Assembly (NCBI GenBank): GCA_008632985.1
Contig: QPGO01000100.1
Coordinates: 114,388 to 178,387, forward strand
DNA from: Psammoneis japonica
Taxonomy: Eukaryota
Length of the DNA: 64,000 bases
Reading direction: 5' to 3'
The notes below the pieces were generated by a model. That model was not told the origin of the DNA. It saw only the letters and a list, made by a program, of their open reading frames with translations, and did not search any database. Below, piece after piece: positions 11,331-25,279 of the stretch (positions are counted from its first letter, which is position 1; every line of letters begins with the position of its first letter). Made by a program: the position numbers and the translations under genes.

Positions 11331-11955
11331 TGTCGCGTCGCCTTACACCCGACTGAAATGTTTCTCACTCAGAAGAGAGGACACAGTATAAGAACAGAGG
11401 TTGACTCTATGCGTTCAAATTCAACAGGTCAAACGGCACGGCGAATCATCATCCGAGATGGTAAAAGATAGTAGAAAAATGAATGTTGCGCGAAGCCCGC
11501 CCACCTAAAACCCAAAGCCTATTCCCCTTGAACACTTTCGGCTGAGCCTATCCTCCGCATCGACTCCTCTACCATAATAGTCAAACAAAAAAACGCGTAA
11601 GGATCGAAAGAGCAGTGATCCCGGTGAACGCAGCAGCATTGCTGCTTATTTCAAAACAAGATATTCTGAAATCAGTGAAAGCTTCGGGCAGTGATCTCAT
11701 GGGATCTTCTCGTGGAACACAAGTCGTGGTCGCAGACTGTCGTTGTCTAGATTTCCGAACGACCTTTGCCACGGGGTTGGAAAATAACAATGATCCTGAT
11801 GGAAACTAATTAGTAATTATGAAATTTCCATAGTAGAAGCGGTTGTCTTGACGCGAAACCTGCCATACAGTGTAATGGCGAGCAGCAGCGCTGACTGACT
11901 GGGTTTGCAGGACACAGCCGTCGCATTTGCCGCTAGGAAGTAGCACCTTGTAGCA

Positions 11956-14900
11956 TCATTGGCCAGTGGAGTTCTTGTTGCAGTATGCACAACGAGGGTT
12001 GTCACTGTAATATCCTTTTCTGATGGTCTCCAAAAGTTGCGATTCGTCAGTAACCGGGTTGAAGGACTTGACGACGACCTCTCTGTAGCTGTCCATCTTG
12101 TGTGGAATCACCTCATTCTTAGATCGCGTGAACTTTTTCTCAATCAGCGATGGATTCACTCGGATAGAGCCCACTCGATCAAAGATATTCTCACGGCCGA
12201 CATGACGAAAGCCCAACCGAGCTGGAGGCATTGCTGTGATAACGTCGCCGTCATTCACGATCCTCTGAGTATCTGGCATCATTTTGTTGTAAGCCACTTT
12301 AAATGCGCGGCATCCAACTCTTGGACTCCCAAAAGTGTAGCAAGCAATCTTTATGCTTTCCGTTCGGTTACTTTCCTCAAACTGACTCTGAACTGTGGGG
12401 AGTACATACCGACACATGTCGTAGGCACAGAGTGTGGCTTGAGCCCCACCAAGGCTGTGCCCCGTGATGAGTAGTCGCCCCGGACTTGCAAGGAGCTCCT
12501 CTCGAACGACTGTGTGCACCTGTCGTCGGACTCGGTTGTAACTGCTCCAAAAGCCAAAGTGTATTTGACCTACTCCGTCGATCCCATCCGAGATTTTGGT
12601 TGCAGATTCTAGATAGTCTGGAACTCCACCCTTGCCCTGTTTGGGAAGAAGATCAACCAGACGGATCTTCTTAATTTCGCCGCTACGAATCTTTGCCTCG
12701 ATAACATCTGGCGACACGCATTCAGCTTCTCCAGTACGATTCTCGCCCTTCCAGCATCTTTTTGGGGCTGTTGTTGTTAGAAACGTATCCAAGTCGACAA
12801 AAATCCTGCTTGACATTACATCCGTTTGGACCTGTTTCTTTGTCAAAGTTCCACGAAAAGTCACAATGAGATCGTTTGTTTCCGTGCGCCTTAAGATCAT
12901 GGCTCTGGTATTGTGCATGTCACTTCCTTCGGGCTCCGACACGTGGGCGACAACGGTGCATCCCATTTCCAACGTGCTTTCCCATGGGAGATAGCCTGGA
13001 GCGCTTCCAGAACCGCCCGCGAACCTCGTCTCCGGCATCTGAGGCTCCGAGTGTACTGGTGGGCACTCACTCTCTGAATCTGACTGACCACCTGAATACT
13101 CTTCGGCCGATGCATCTCCAAGGGTCTCTTCTGGTGAATCAGCTTCGACATCTAAATCTCCAGTTTCATGCCGAGCACTAAAAGGTTCAACTTCAGGGTC
13201 GTCTTCTGATGCGTCTTTCGCGCCACCGCAGCTCTTGCTGGGCGTGTCCGTTGTAGTTCTAAGCTTCTCCTTTACAGCTCGAGCGACCTTCGTCACACCT
13301 GATCCGATGGACGATTTGGTTTCCGAGCTTGTCTGTTTTGGAGATTTTGGAGGTGCGTAGTCTGATTCAAAGGGCAAGTAGACTTCTTTGGAGCACACCA
13401 TTAACAGTCGCGTCAGTTCAAGCACCATGAGAAATTCTTTAGGATCTCCGTTTTTGGCTGCATCTTCTTCGGAAATATAATGAGTCTTTGATTTCTCACT
13501 TGATCCACCAAAACATTCCGGTGGGAGGTAAAAGCACTGAAATATCACAAGAAATGCAAAGGCAAAGATGTCGTGATACAACCTAGCATATCCACCTTGC
13601 AATAAATGCATTCTCTCAACTGCAACAACATAACTGCTGAGGCCGTCCAGGTGGTTGAAATAGGTTCCGTTGTCATAAACCGCCCTGAGTACTCCAAACA
13701 GAAGAAGCACAAAATTAGCCAATACCCAGAGGCTGGTTACCCAAAGAAAGAACCGCGAGGACAGCTGCATAGGACGAGATAACGCGTACGGAAGAGTGTC
13801 GAGCACCTTTCGACTCCTTCTGTTCGCCCAAGCGTAATAGAAATAAGTAAATACCAAAAAAGCGATAAGAAAGGACATCAGAACCGCGTAGGTTGTTTGT
13901 TCCTTGCGATACCAATTCTCAGGAGCTGTGACGTAACCCTGACCACCGAGCTCGCTTTCTGTACCCGGTTCGTCCCAACCCCATATAGTGGGAAAGCGAA
14001 AAACTTGAACCAAGGCATATGTGATGAAGAAAGCGAGGCAAAAGGCCACTTTCCATCCGTAGAAATCCCACCTGGATGTAACAAACCTCCTTGGCGCATC
14101 TGAAAACAATGCGAAGACTACATACACCATAACGCTTCCGAACGCACCGACAATCAACGAGGCGCACCACCAGCTCTGATTGAATCCTGAAGAATCGTTT
14201 GCTGTGGAATGAAGCTGTAGTCCCACCATAATTGGATTCACACTAAGAATGAACCCGAGTGAAGCATAGAACAGCCATTTATTTTCCTTCGCCCATTCCC
14301 CGAAGCGACCGCACTGCTTTCGAAGGCTATAAAGCCACCATGAGAAGAACCCAACGTAAGCCGCTAGCACAATGACGTCGCCAATAGCAACTACCGTTGG
14401 GTATACCCTCTCTCCTGAAGTGCCAAATCTCGCGAGAACGCCACTACTTGTTTCATTGACCGTAAGCGCTTCAGTGACACAGCCACCTGGATCACTCAAA
14501 ATAGCCAAACGCCAGGCCAACGAGTCCACCATCTCCTCACCCAGATAGTGAGAATAGATGGCGACTTCGTGACGACAAACAATCGCGAATGTGAGGAGTG
14601 CTTAGGACAGCCCTCATTTCTGATGTCACTTTATAGAAACAAGTGCAAAGCACAATGACACTTACGTCGAGCTTCAAAAATGTTACCTCGGACTTTCCGA
14701 ACTGGGTTGTAATCTATAACATCGTCCACAATCATGAGCCTCCAGTTGCCAATGTTGTCGCAATCATCTCCAGTCAGGCATGCATATCCCTCAATTCGTA
14801 CTGGAAATGGCTCGTCTGCAATGTCGCTTGGCCAATCCTGCCCGTCCAGTCTTTCAAACTCCATGTCAAGGTAAATAACACGGTATCTTTTATCGTCCAA

Positions 14901-15715
14901 GCCGCGATAACCGACCCAAGCCATTGCGAGAACATCGTCCCAATACGGCTGTAATTGTGGGTTAGCGCCAGCATCAAGAAACGAACTGTCAGACAAAAAG
15001 CTTGCAAAGAAAATCTGGTGAGCTGTAAATGGTGGCGTGTCAGGTTTGACCCCATAGCCTTCCCAGTCCGAAACATTGATCCCTTCCGAAACAACTCCAG
15101 TGTTAACAAGTAGGACTGCTTCACTCAATTCACTTCGTTGTATACAGCACAAGTTCCGTCAACCTGCAACTCACAGAGGCTTGTTGAGTTAGAGGGAAGA
15201 ATCGCCATTGGCTCGGTACCTGATTGATCGTCCAAGGCAAAAATTATCTGAAGGGTCATGGTGACAAAGAACACCACATAAACGAAGATAACCGCGACAC
15301 GAATTCTTGCATTGGAGGCTACTTCAAGATAGAACATATTTCGCGTAAGGAGATGTGATCCCACCGCCTCGGTTGAGGCATAAAGGTTGCTTGCGTCCAC
15401 CGTGGAACCACTTAAATCAACGTGTTTCTCTGCTTGCTCCTCCTCTTCTTGCACAACAAAAATGTTCCCGACATCCCGTTCCTCCTCATCAGCCTCTTCA
15501 AAGTCGGGCACGGCACCAATATCAAGAATTTCTTCCTCAGGAATCAATCGTCGCGAGGACATAAACATGGAAGAGCGACGCCCCTTTGGATGGTGCTTCT
15601 CTCCTGGTTGTTGTCGTCGCATCGAAGACCATGCTCGAGTGAGACCACGCCCTCGCATAGAGTGAGCTTTTCTGATTCTGGGATCTCCCTGCTCCACATC
15701 ATCAGAAGCCTCCAT
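11956..15715 (-). CDS. Multi-pass membrane class-3 lipase (DAG-lipase-like); intron 14601-14665, apparent 1-bp frameshift near 15128
   Basis: VTFRGT, IHFGF, ITGHSLGG, YTFGSPRVG, NDGDVITAMPP after about 7 TM helices. Upstream ORFs join through a phase-1 intron; one extra T at aattga would restore the frame. Confidence 0.8.
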
Positions 15716-15926
15716 TTTGCTTCTTCCTTCGATAGTGTTTACAGTACGTTATAAGCTGCAGCCATTGACAACACTACATAGAGACAACAGTGAACATGTG
15801 TCTGTAACGCGCCGCTCTTGTGGTACTTCTCGTTTCGTTTCTCTCGCCCGCGCAAAATTTTGGAATTTAGCACGATCTATTGTCTATTTGACGTCTTCAC
15901 GCCCGTATGTATGCCAGTATTTCATA

Positions 15927-18021
15927 ATACTACGAATTCGGAAACAATTGCGCGTTTTCCAGCGCGAAGGTCGAATATCGCGCCTGAACCGACGATCGGC
16001 GCTTCGCGCAAAACTCATGTAGAAATACGTAGAAAACATACTAGAGCTAGAACTCCAGAACGGAGAAAATCATCTGAATGGTGCGCGTATCATCACAATG
16101 ATGTTGTTGCGTCCCTTCGTGAGCGTTTCTTACTACCATGCCACCCACAAAGAGACGAAAGCATTGTGTTCCTGCTCAAGCACCTGGAGATACAGTGACT
16201 CATCCGTCTAGTGGTGGCACTAGAGGCTATTCCCAGGCTCAACTTTTTTCCGGAGAGGTTTCTGGAGATGACGCCCGCGCCGACCCATACTCGGCCTTGT
16301 TTGAGCTATTCTTGATCGTTTTTGTTCATTGAAGACATGTCTTTTACTTTTAGGAGGTATAATTGATAGGTGAGACCCTTGGTTTGGTGAGAAACGGAGT
16401 AGTCGTTGTGTAGAAATCAAAAAATGGGTCTTTTCCATTTTTGGGCGGCAAAACCCATACTTTGATGTTATTTCGTTCAATACACCTCCTCTGTTGCCTC
16501 CCATTGCTGTTATCTCTTTATTATAGATACGAAAAGTATCCCCTGTCTTGAGTATGCTGTGTGTATGATCTGTGGCGAGAAATATTGCTCACATTCGTGT
16601 GGTCTCGCATCGGCATTTTGAGACTACCACCGACCCATACTTTGATGTTTATTCGTTCATTTGGTCTCTTTACTCTCACTTCTTTGATCGAATCTTTACT
16701 TTATAGTTCTGGTAGCATCATTCTGCCTTGGAAGCACAATAAATCCAACAAGAAATGCCAAGCAGAGGTTACAGTATGGTTGACGCGTCCACAGACGGAA
16801 AAGCACTGATGTCGCACCGACAAATGCTGACGAAGATAATCGAATTCCTATCGACAATATCGAAGTCGGAAGTACTGGCAACACATCAAACGATTCATCC
16901 TGTGATTCCTCCACTCATGATTTTCTAGTGAACGCGCTGACATTGTAAAACATGAGGATTCGAGTCAGCACTCGACTCTCGGATACACGAACAGCCGAGG
17001 AGCATCATGCTACCAATGAAAATGGGGGAATACTAGCTTCAGATAATAGAAGAATTTGTTAGGTGTCACCATTCTATTTTATGATTCTATTAGCAGTAGT
17101 ATCCAACAGACTAGACTAACGGGAAAAGCGCATTCTCTGCAAGCGAGGAGAAGGCGTCGGCACATGTCGCAGTTGGTTTTATCGATGAATACTTCTTGCC
17201 ACAGCTCGCGCCCACAGCAAATTCAAGACAGAAGGATGCTACCACAACTATAAAGTAAAGATTCGATCAAAGAAGTGAGAGTAAAGAGACCAAATGAACG
17301 AATAAACATTAAAGTATGGGTCGGTGGTAGTCTCAAAATGCCGATGCGAGACCACACGAATGTGAGCAATATTTCTCGCCACAGATCATACACACAGCAT
17401 ACCCAAGACAGGGGATACTTTTCGTATCTGTGATAAAGAGATAACAGCAATGGGAGGCAACAGAGGAGGTGTATTGAACGAAATAACATCAAAGCATGGG
17501 TCGTGACCATTCCTGATTATCCGGTCAATCCAGTCAATGTGACAGTGCAATGTTTCTCACCACAGATCGAATACACAGCATGACCAAGACAGTGAGTACC
17601 TTTCATATCTATAATAGAGAGACACCAGCAATCGCAGGCAACAGAGGAGGTGTTTTTAACGAATAAAGATCAAAGCATGGGTTTTGCCGCTCAAAATTGG
17701 AAAACACCCATTTTTTGATTTCAACACAACGACAACTCCATTTTTCGCCAAACCAAGGGGCTTACCTAACAATCAGACCTCCTAAAAGTAATATCCATGT
17801 CTTCAATGAACGAAAACGATCAAGAACAGCTCAAACAAGGCCGAGTCTGGATCGGCGCTGCGCTATGTAAAAAAAAATCCACGCTCCAGGAAAAAGTCTC
17901 TCTCTAGTATGTTTTCTACGCATTTCTACACAAATCTTGCGCGAAGCTCCGATCGTTGCTTCGGGATGAAAATTTGAGCTTCGCGCACGAAAACGCGCAA
18001 TTGTTTCCGAATTCGTAGTAT
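15927..18021. mobile_element. Non-autonomous foldback-like element with ~0.8-kb imperfect inverted repeats
   Basis: 15927-16730 is largely the reverse complement of 17224-18021 (ends atactacgaattcggaaacaattgcgcg / cgcgcaattgtttccgaattcgtagtat). Spacer 16731-17223. No TSD identified. Confidence 0.8.
17321..17681. repeat. Two diverged ~180-bp tandem units in the right arm
   Basis: Both units end in gcaacagaggaggtgt...tcaaagcatggg; the left arm has one unit. Confidence 0.8.
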
Positions 18022-18200
18022 CTGAAATGTCTTGAAGCCGGTTCGTACATCCACCATGGCGGGCGGACCTTGGTTCCATCAAATCAACTTTGCAGTCATG
18101 TTTGAAAGCGTACGGTAGACCTGCTGGTGCAGTTTTATTGTCACAACTACTTTGGCAAAATTCCTGGCTAATAGAGTGGTTTCTCTTGTGCAAAAACTGT

Positions 18201-19688
18201 TTATAATTTATCAGAAGCGCACGACAGCGCTTCTTCATCAGATTCTTCCCCATCTCCAGCACCACTTTCCCCTTCGTCGCCTTCGAGCACTTTGCCATCA
18301 GCAGCTGTATCGGCAAAAGAAACACGGTTGGCATCCGTTTTTGGTTCCTCGTTCTCATTTCGCCCAACAAGCACCTTAACATCCGTAGCTTCATCGGCAA
18401 AAGAAACACGGTTGACAGCCGCTTCTGGTTCCTTGTGTTCAGTTGACCCAATTTCTTCCTCCTCGTCATTCTCTTCCAAAACAAGCATGCCCGATGACCA
18501 GCGTCTGCTGTCTTCTCCGCTAATTTGGCTCTCGCCATTGACTTCCGGTGTTGCGGTCAATCCTTGAGAAATGCGGTTTCGTGAATCCATTGGGCTCGCC
18601 CCATTCTCTTTAAGAGAGTTAAGTTGGGTGAGTCGTCGGCTAGACCGAAACTTAAACACGCTTGATTTCATCAAGGACAAAGTAAGTGAAGGTCTTCGAC
18701 GTCGAAGAGAAGCAGATGAGCTTTCAAGCTCGCTCTCGGTAGGCGGCTCGTCCTTCACACAGCGAAGACAATCAACTATTGCCTTTTTGATTTGAGGCCT
18801 CGTCGTTGCAACCACAACAGAGACAAGGCCCTGAAAATGACTCCATGCTGCCCCAACGTAATAGAGCCAGGGCGAGATTTGTACAAAACTGCCAACTGTA
18901 CAGACAATTAAGAACGGAATCCACATGCCAAAGTAGACAACCAACAAACGCGTAAAGTAAAGAGCCAAATCACGTCGACGGCCTCTGGGTGGGAGCATCT
19001 TCTTCCGCAACACGTCAAAGCAGACATAATTGGCATAGCATATAGGTAGAATCATGAAGCATGGGATAAAGACCAGCCAGTAGAAGAAAGTACTGGCTTT
19101 GTCATACTCCTTGGGAAAACAGTTTAACCCATAGTAATTGAGACTCTCATGGGGCATACCGGGAATGCTCCAAACTCCTAGAAATCCCCATAAGAGAGCG
19201 TACAAATAAACAACTCCTGCTTGTAGAAATACCTTCTTTCGGGTTGGTGGATGGTAGTGTATTCCATAGTGCGACTCACGCAGTAAACGGTGAATCTCAT
19301 AAACAATCACACCATTCATCCAGCAGTTGGCAGTAAAGCCAAAGACCAAGTACCAGGACTGAAAGGCGCACATGGCCTCTGAATAGAACTGATTTTTGGC
19401 GGCCGACATTGCACATGTAATTAAGCATAGAAAGGAGCTCAGAAGGTCCGGAAGTGCAATAAAGAGCAGGTACAAATTGAAGGGGTTGTCCCGAACCTTT
19501 CGATACCGCAGAATAGAAAGGATGAGAATAAAGCAGGCCGTGGCAACCATAGCGTTGATCGTGGCCAAGATAATGAATTGGTAGTGAAGCGTTTGATCCG
19601 ACGGCCACGCAAGAGACCACTCATACCGGTCGTGCGTACTGTTCAGGTCGCCCTGACGCAACGGGTCATCAGGGATTCTGTCTGGCAT
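18201..19688 (-). CDS. 7-TM G-protein-coupled-receptor-like protein
   Basis: Seven hydrophobic helices, NPFNLYLLFIALPD in TM2, Cys before TM3, acidic tail with duplicated NRVSFAD. Confidence 0.8.
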   Translation of the reverse strand: MPDRIPDDPLRQGDLNSTHDRYEWSLAWPSDQTLHYQFIILATINAMVATACFILILSILRYRKVRDNPFNLYLLFIALPDLLSSFLCLITCAMSAAKNQFYSEAMCAFQSWYLVFGFTANCWMNGVIVYEIHRLLRESHYGIHYHPPTRKKVFLQAGVVYLYALLWGFLGVWSIPGMPHESLNYYGLNCFPKEYDKASTFFYWLVFIPCFMILPICYANYVCFDVLRKKMLPPRGRRRDLALYFTRLLVVYFGMWIPFLIVCTVGSFVQISPWLYYVGAAWSHFQGLVSVVVATTRPQIKKAIVDCLRCVKDEPPTESELESSSASLRRRRPSLTLSLMKSSVFKFRSSRRLTQLNSLKENGASPMDSRNRISQGLTATPEVNGESQISGEDSRRWSSGMLVLEENDEEEEIGSTEHKEPEAAVNRVSFADEATDVKVLVGRNENEEPKTDANRVSFADTAADGKVLEGDEGESGAGDGEESDEEALSCASDKL

Positions 19689-22600
19689 CTTCGTCGTCGT
19701 AGTGGCTCTTTGTAATTGTTGTTTGATGACCTACAAATCTCCAAAGCCCTTTGATTCAATCAATATAAGTGAGCAAAGGGTAGCGCTACAGAGTCGCTCC
19801 TTTTTTCTTCAACCACAGAAACGCAGAGCGATGACTGCTGTCGCCTTTACTTTACATACACACCGCACTGAGCACTTGGCAAGATCCAAGATTTGGAACA
19901 GTAGGGCTATGTATGATAGAAGCGCGTAGAACGCGTGATTCACCGAACTCCGCCGTTGAAGTACAAGTATATGAAATTATATCCATACTCTTTAAAAACT
20001 CAGTACAAATGTTAACGGTGTTCGTACTGTACCAGACATAGCAACAGGCTCGCGCGTATGGTACTGTAGATTTGTATGACACTGGAGCTCCGAAGAAATT
20101 CCGTCCTCCAGTGCGTTTGGCATTTTCGCAAGTGCAATCTTGTTGTGCGACAGGCGAATAAAGGGACGTTGAGTCAGTCTGTCCAGCATTCAGCAAAAAT
20201 CGAACACCAAGCTGACCAAACGACTGTTTCAGTGCAATTCTGCACAAGATTCTTCTTTGGACAGCTGATGTCCAGACTGGCCTGCTGAGTTGAAGGAAGC
20301 AGTGCAGGGAGCATGCCGGCCATGGCATGGTGCCAAGTGCCGCACTCAGCACGCAGCAGCTGAGGTGCGTGCAGCACATGCAGCAGCTCTGCTGCACTCT
20401 CAAAGAGCACGAAGGCAGACAAAGAGCATGTGCCAGTGTGGCGTCAGTGCTTTCCGCACATCTCTGAAATGATTGACTGCGCACCTTGATGACTGCAGCC
20501 ATGCATTGCAGGCTTTGCCAAAAATTGTCAACAATGATGGCAGTGTCGCACCTCAATGGAAACAAGTTTGAGCGTCACACATTGTAGAAATTTTTTAGTG
20601 GTCGCATCGTGCAACTGCAAAAAAGAAAAACAAGGCCTGCAGGAAAATTGACCACTTGTCTTTCTTTGTGAGTGTGTGCCGTTGCATGCTGCATTGCTTG
20701 TGCATGGGCAGGGCCCAATGGTGCATTCACCAGTGCAGGGCCCCGCTGCCAGGGCTGGCACTGCAGTGGCAGAGTGGCTGAGCCACCATGCCAGTGATGC
20801 AGATGACCATTGTGTTTGATGTGGCTGTTTTGTGTGCAATTCATGACAAATTGTTTTTGCAGAAAGCTCGGCACATTTTTCAACATGCCACACCGGCAAT
20901 CCCAATTTTGTGGCACTTTTGAGCTCTTTTAAAAAACAGTTCCATGCACCCATTGCAGGGAATTTGTTGATTTTTAGGAAGTTCCCACAACCTTGCATGT
21001 CCTCAGTGACAGCAATTCTCTGAATCCAAACAATTCATTTGCAACAAACAACACATGCTGTTTCACAATCCAAGAGAGACACACTCTCAAATTTGGACCA
21101 ACTGACCCCCCGACTGACCGACAGACACAAAAAAGTCTGCAATCACCAGCCACCAAGTGGTCAACAGAAAGATGTGGTTGACTCTCTGGTGTCTGTGACA
21201 CCTTCATTGACCTCAGAAGAGAATGGAGTCCTTGCCGGCCTGCTCCAGCTCTGTGTGTGGCACAAAACACCCCAGCCATTGCTGCTCTTTTTGGAGGAGC
21301 AGCACCTGCCACATTTTCAAACTGGCGGTTTTTCAGTTTTCACAACTTGGTGAGTGGAAAAAGTTGTCATCACACGAAGACAAATGAAGAGCTGTTTTTT
21401 TTTGTGCAATGACGGGCAAGTTTTTTGCAAAAAATGGCTCCATCTGTGTGTTTTTGCATGATTTCTTTGTGAGAAATGGCACACAAGAACCTCCTTGCCT
21501 TTTTTGTGCTCAATTTCTTGTTGTGACTGCCAATCTGCTCTCCTGCCTTGCCGCTGATGGTTGTCTTTGGAGTGCGCTTGTCATCTCCAAAAAAATGGCA
21601 CAAAGAGCAGCAGTTGTGCCAAAAAGTTTGATTTTGCACAACTTTGTGTGGCTTTTGTTGTGGCATGGATTGGGCACTGACAATGACTGGCTGGCAGACA
21701 ATGTGGCAAGCATCTTGCAGTGCAAGCTTGCCACAGCACAGGAAGCATGTGAGATGCAAATGCGTGTGTGCTGCACATGCCCACACAACTTGCACAAATC
21801 TGCTCTGAGCAGAGATGTGTTTGAGTGGGTTGCACATCAACTTTGCATGTGAGCACCAAGCTGTGTCAAGTGTGCAAAAATTTCACACACTCACAAAGAT
21901 GTGTGTGATGCAGTGATGCTCACCAAGCATCAAGACAAGGTTGGAGTGAACTCACCATTCATTGACAGAGAGACTTGTGTGTGCACAAGAAGCAGGTGCA
22001 CACTGCAGCTCAGCATTTCACAGCAAAATGCGCTGACTCAGAAATGGCCTCACAGCTGCTGTCAACAGTCCTTGCCACACAAGTGTGCAAAAAAAAACCT
22101 GCTGAAGCCAGTGGCACCACATTTGGTGGTGCCTGTCAAAGTCTCTTCCCAAAGCTGAAATCATGAAAAAGAGAATTGCCCCCACTCCAGAAAGCTGAGA
22201 TGCGCAAGCCACATGATTGACCTGCAGATGAAAATGGCCAAACATCCAAGCCAAGTGTGCCACACTTCAAAGCAGTGCTGGGATGTGTGCAAAGAGTGGA
22301 TGCTCTTGCTGCTGCACAGCTCCATGTGTGTGTCACCTGTGTTGCAGCCCAAACAAACATTGCTTCTGCACTGGAGCAATGCCTGCTCATGCACAGGCCA
22401 TTGAAGAGCAGTGCTCTGATGACATTCAATGACCAAGCAACAGGATTTGACATCATGTGGGAAAGCCAGCCAGAGACACTGCATGTGCTGATGTGGCAAT
22501 CAAAAGCATTTTTCCTGGGCAGAGAGCAATGCTGTGAAAACATTGTTTGAGCCATTTCATCTGCAAGCCCACAGAAATGAAAGCTTGGAGCTGCATTGCA

Positions 22601-23463
22601 AGGACTGTTGAGTTGAGCAGCTGCTTCTTGAGGAATTTTTTTCTGATCTTTGAAGATGGGGACACCCCTGAACCTCTGCCAGATGATGAGCTAGCAAATT
22701 TGTTTGAGCACAGAGTGCCCAATGTTCAAAATTTAAGTTCTCTTGCTCACAAGATCTCAGGGCTCACTCCATTTTGTGAACAGATTGAATGGGTTGAAGC
22801 CTCCAAAAGTGTGTTTTTCAAAAAGTTGCCCAGGTGGGTGAGATCTTTGACAGCGAACAGCAAGACAATCAAAAATTGAGTGACATTGTTGAAGCAGTGG
22901 TTGAGAACATGCTCAAGGGGGGTGGGGGGTCAAGAGAAAAGCTGACAATCAAAGAACTGAATGATTTGGAGCAGCTTTCGAAATCTGGAGACTCTGGGGA
23001 CAAATGAGATGTTTCTTTGTGCTCCAAGGTGGAGGCTGACATGACAGGAGCAACACAAACTTTTGGAGGCACTCATGATTGTGTTGGCATCAAAGTCAAT
23101 CAATGCGATTGTCTGGAGTTTCTTGACTTTTTATTTGATGGGGTGATCAAGAACAGCATTGGACTTGCAATGCAGCAATGCACGGGAAAGTGAGTGTGTG
23201 CATCACAGCATGATGGCCTTGCTGTGCGACGCTGAGGTGCCTGAGCTCAGATTTCAGGGCAAGTTTGTTGGGCCGAACCCATGACTGTCCCCTGCCTGAT
23301 GTTGTTGGCCTTTGCCATTTATGCTCTGCAATTGTGTCCCGTGATGCACTGTCACGGCCAATGTTTCCTCACTGGCATTTTAGGATCTGGCTCTCCAGTT
23401 TGTTCTTGGAAATGAACCTGAGATGGGCGCTGACTTGTGCCGCATTTTCTTGGACATTTGTCT

Positions 23464-24633
23464 TCAGTTTTTCTTAAGACAGAGGAACATGGAGAAAAAG
23501 TTGGTTTTCAACATGTCAGTGTTCCCTTTGCTTAATTTTGCAACTCAATGCCAGCGCGTGTCAAGCTTGTCTTCATTTCCATTGAGTGCCTCAAGGAGAG
23601 AGGGACTCATGAAGGACTGCATGATGCCCAGCTTGCCTGAAACAGTTTCCTTGACTGTCATGGGACATGCCATGGGCCAGCAACAAGACTCCTGCACACT
23701 CCAATCACTGGAGGTTTGAAGCGGCAAAAAGATCTCTGCTGGAGACTTGGCACACTCAGGCATTGCCATTTCTGCTGCTTCTTCCACCATGAAGACACCT
23801 TCATTGATCATCTGGGCCTTGGCTTGCTTGAGAGGAGTCTTTGCAACAGTTTCTTCCAGTTGACCATCTGGTCGTGAAGCCTGCACGACCAGGACGAGGA
23901 AGCCACCAGGGGCCATCTCCTGGGCTCTGAGCTCCAAGAACCACTCCCAATCACATCGCGAGGACTTGGCCCACTCAAGCCGAGATTCATCACTTGGTGG
24001 TGGCTGGTTGCCCCACAAACAAACACCGGTGAGGGTTGTTGGTGCTCCGTCATTCAACCAGTGCTGAGCTGGACAAGAGCAGGCAAGATTCACAGACCCC
24101 TTTGGAGCAACCAAGTCTTCGCACATTGATCACTTGGTGCACTCAAACTCAATGTTGGGGAAGACTGGCTCCATGGTTGCTTTGAGTTCATCCCAGTCAT
24201 TCAGTGGCATGTCATTGAGAGTGGCAATGATGTTGAACAGAACATCTTGGTCACCATGACTCTGGCGAATGCCTTCGAGGGTTGAATGCAAAGGTGCAAT
24301 CGAAGAACCACAGGTTGCACAGCCAAACTCTGCCACACAGAATCCGCGGGGAACCAATTTGTTGCTTGAAGCAATGGCTGCATGCTTTCTGAGCCATTGG
24401 CTTAGAACAGCGGTGGCCAAGGCCTGGGAGGCACTGTTCTTGTTGCAAGAATCGCTCTCCATCCGAACAAAAACCGAGGATCGCTTGTTCACAATGACCT
24501 GAATGAGCTTCTCCTGCGACAAGCAATGCAGGGTTTTGAGTCTGCCACTGACATGTGCAGCAATGCAAAACTTTCTCATTCTTTCCTGGACAGAAGGCAC
24601 GGTTGTGTCATCCTTCTTCTCATCTTGACCCAT
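23464..24633 (-). pseudogene. SAM-dependent carboxyl methyltransferase (SABATH / Methyltransf_7) pseudogene
   Basis: SCNKNSASQ, VAEFGCATCGSS, LNDMPLNDW, SMCEDL.P..SVNLACS..HWL, DWEWFLELRAQEMAPGG in one frame, with TGA stops at 24130-24132 and 23545-23547. Confidence 0.8.
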
Positions 24634-25279
24634 GGTCGATCATTCCATGGCAACACTGGCAACAGTTTGACAACCACACACATTGTGAGCAGGAACAAAC
24701 TCACACTCACAACTTCAACTTCAGAATTTAGATCAGAATGAGCGACGTCCCTCGTGTGTGGTTCTTGCATCATGCGAAGTGCACTGCTGGATCTTCAACC
24801 TCATTTTGGTCCAATTGGTCAAATGAGAGAACTTGTTCAGCTCCCTGGTGTGGATTTTAAGGCGGTTGAATGCATGCATCCCATGGCACCAGCCAAAGCA
24901 AATGCAGCAGGTGGTCACACCCAGCATCAAGCCATGAATGACACTGCAAGTGGGTCCTCACACATCTGAGGCATGGCATCGATGGCCAGTCACTGCACGA
25001 CCTCTCAAGTGTGGTGGGTCGTTGCTTCTGGCTGATGCTGTCAATCGTGTTAACTCTGCCACTCACTGGAGTGACTGCAAGCTCGCATGGGCATCTGCAA
25101 CATGCACTTCTGTGACTCCAGCTTTGCTTTGGATGGGCAACTTCAGAGGACACAACTGGCATCTGCTGGCAGCCACCAGCATTGAGTGCTCCCCCCATGA
25201 TTGGGGGTGTCATGAAAAACCAGCATGTGTCGCTGATGACAGAGGGCACCATCTGCTCCAGAGTGTGCACATCTGCCAG

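Noticed and set aside
22250..22900. Gypsy gag relic (LKSSALMTFN, PLPDDELANL)
   Set aside because: Resemblance too weak to annotate without a profile search.
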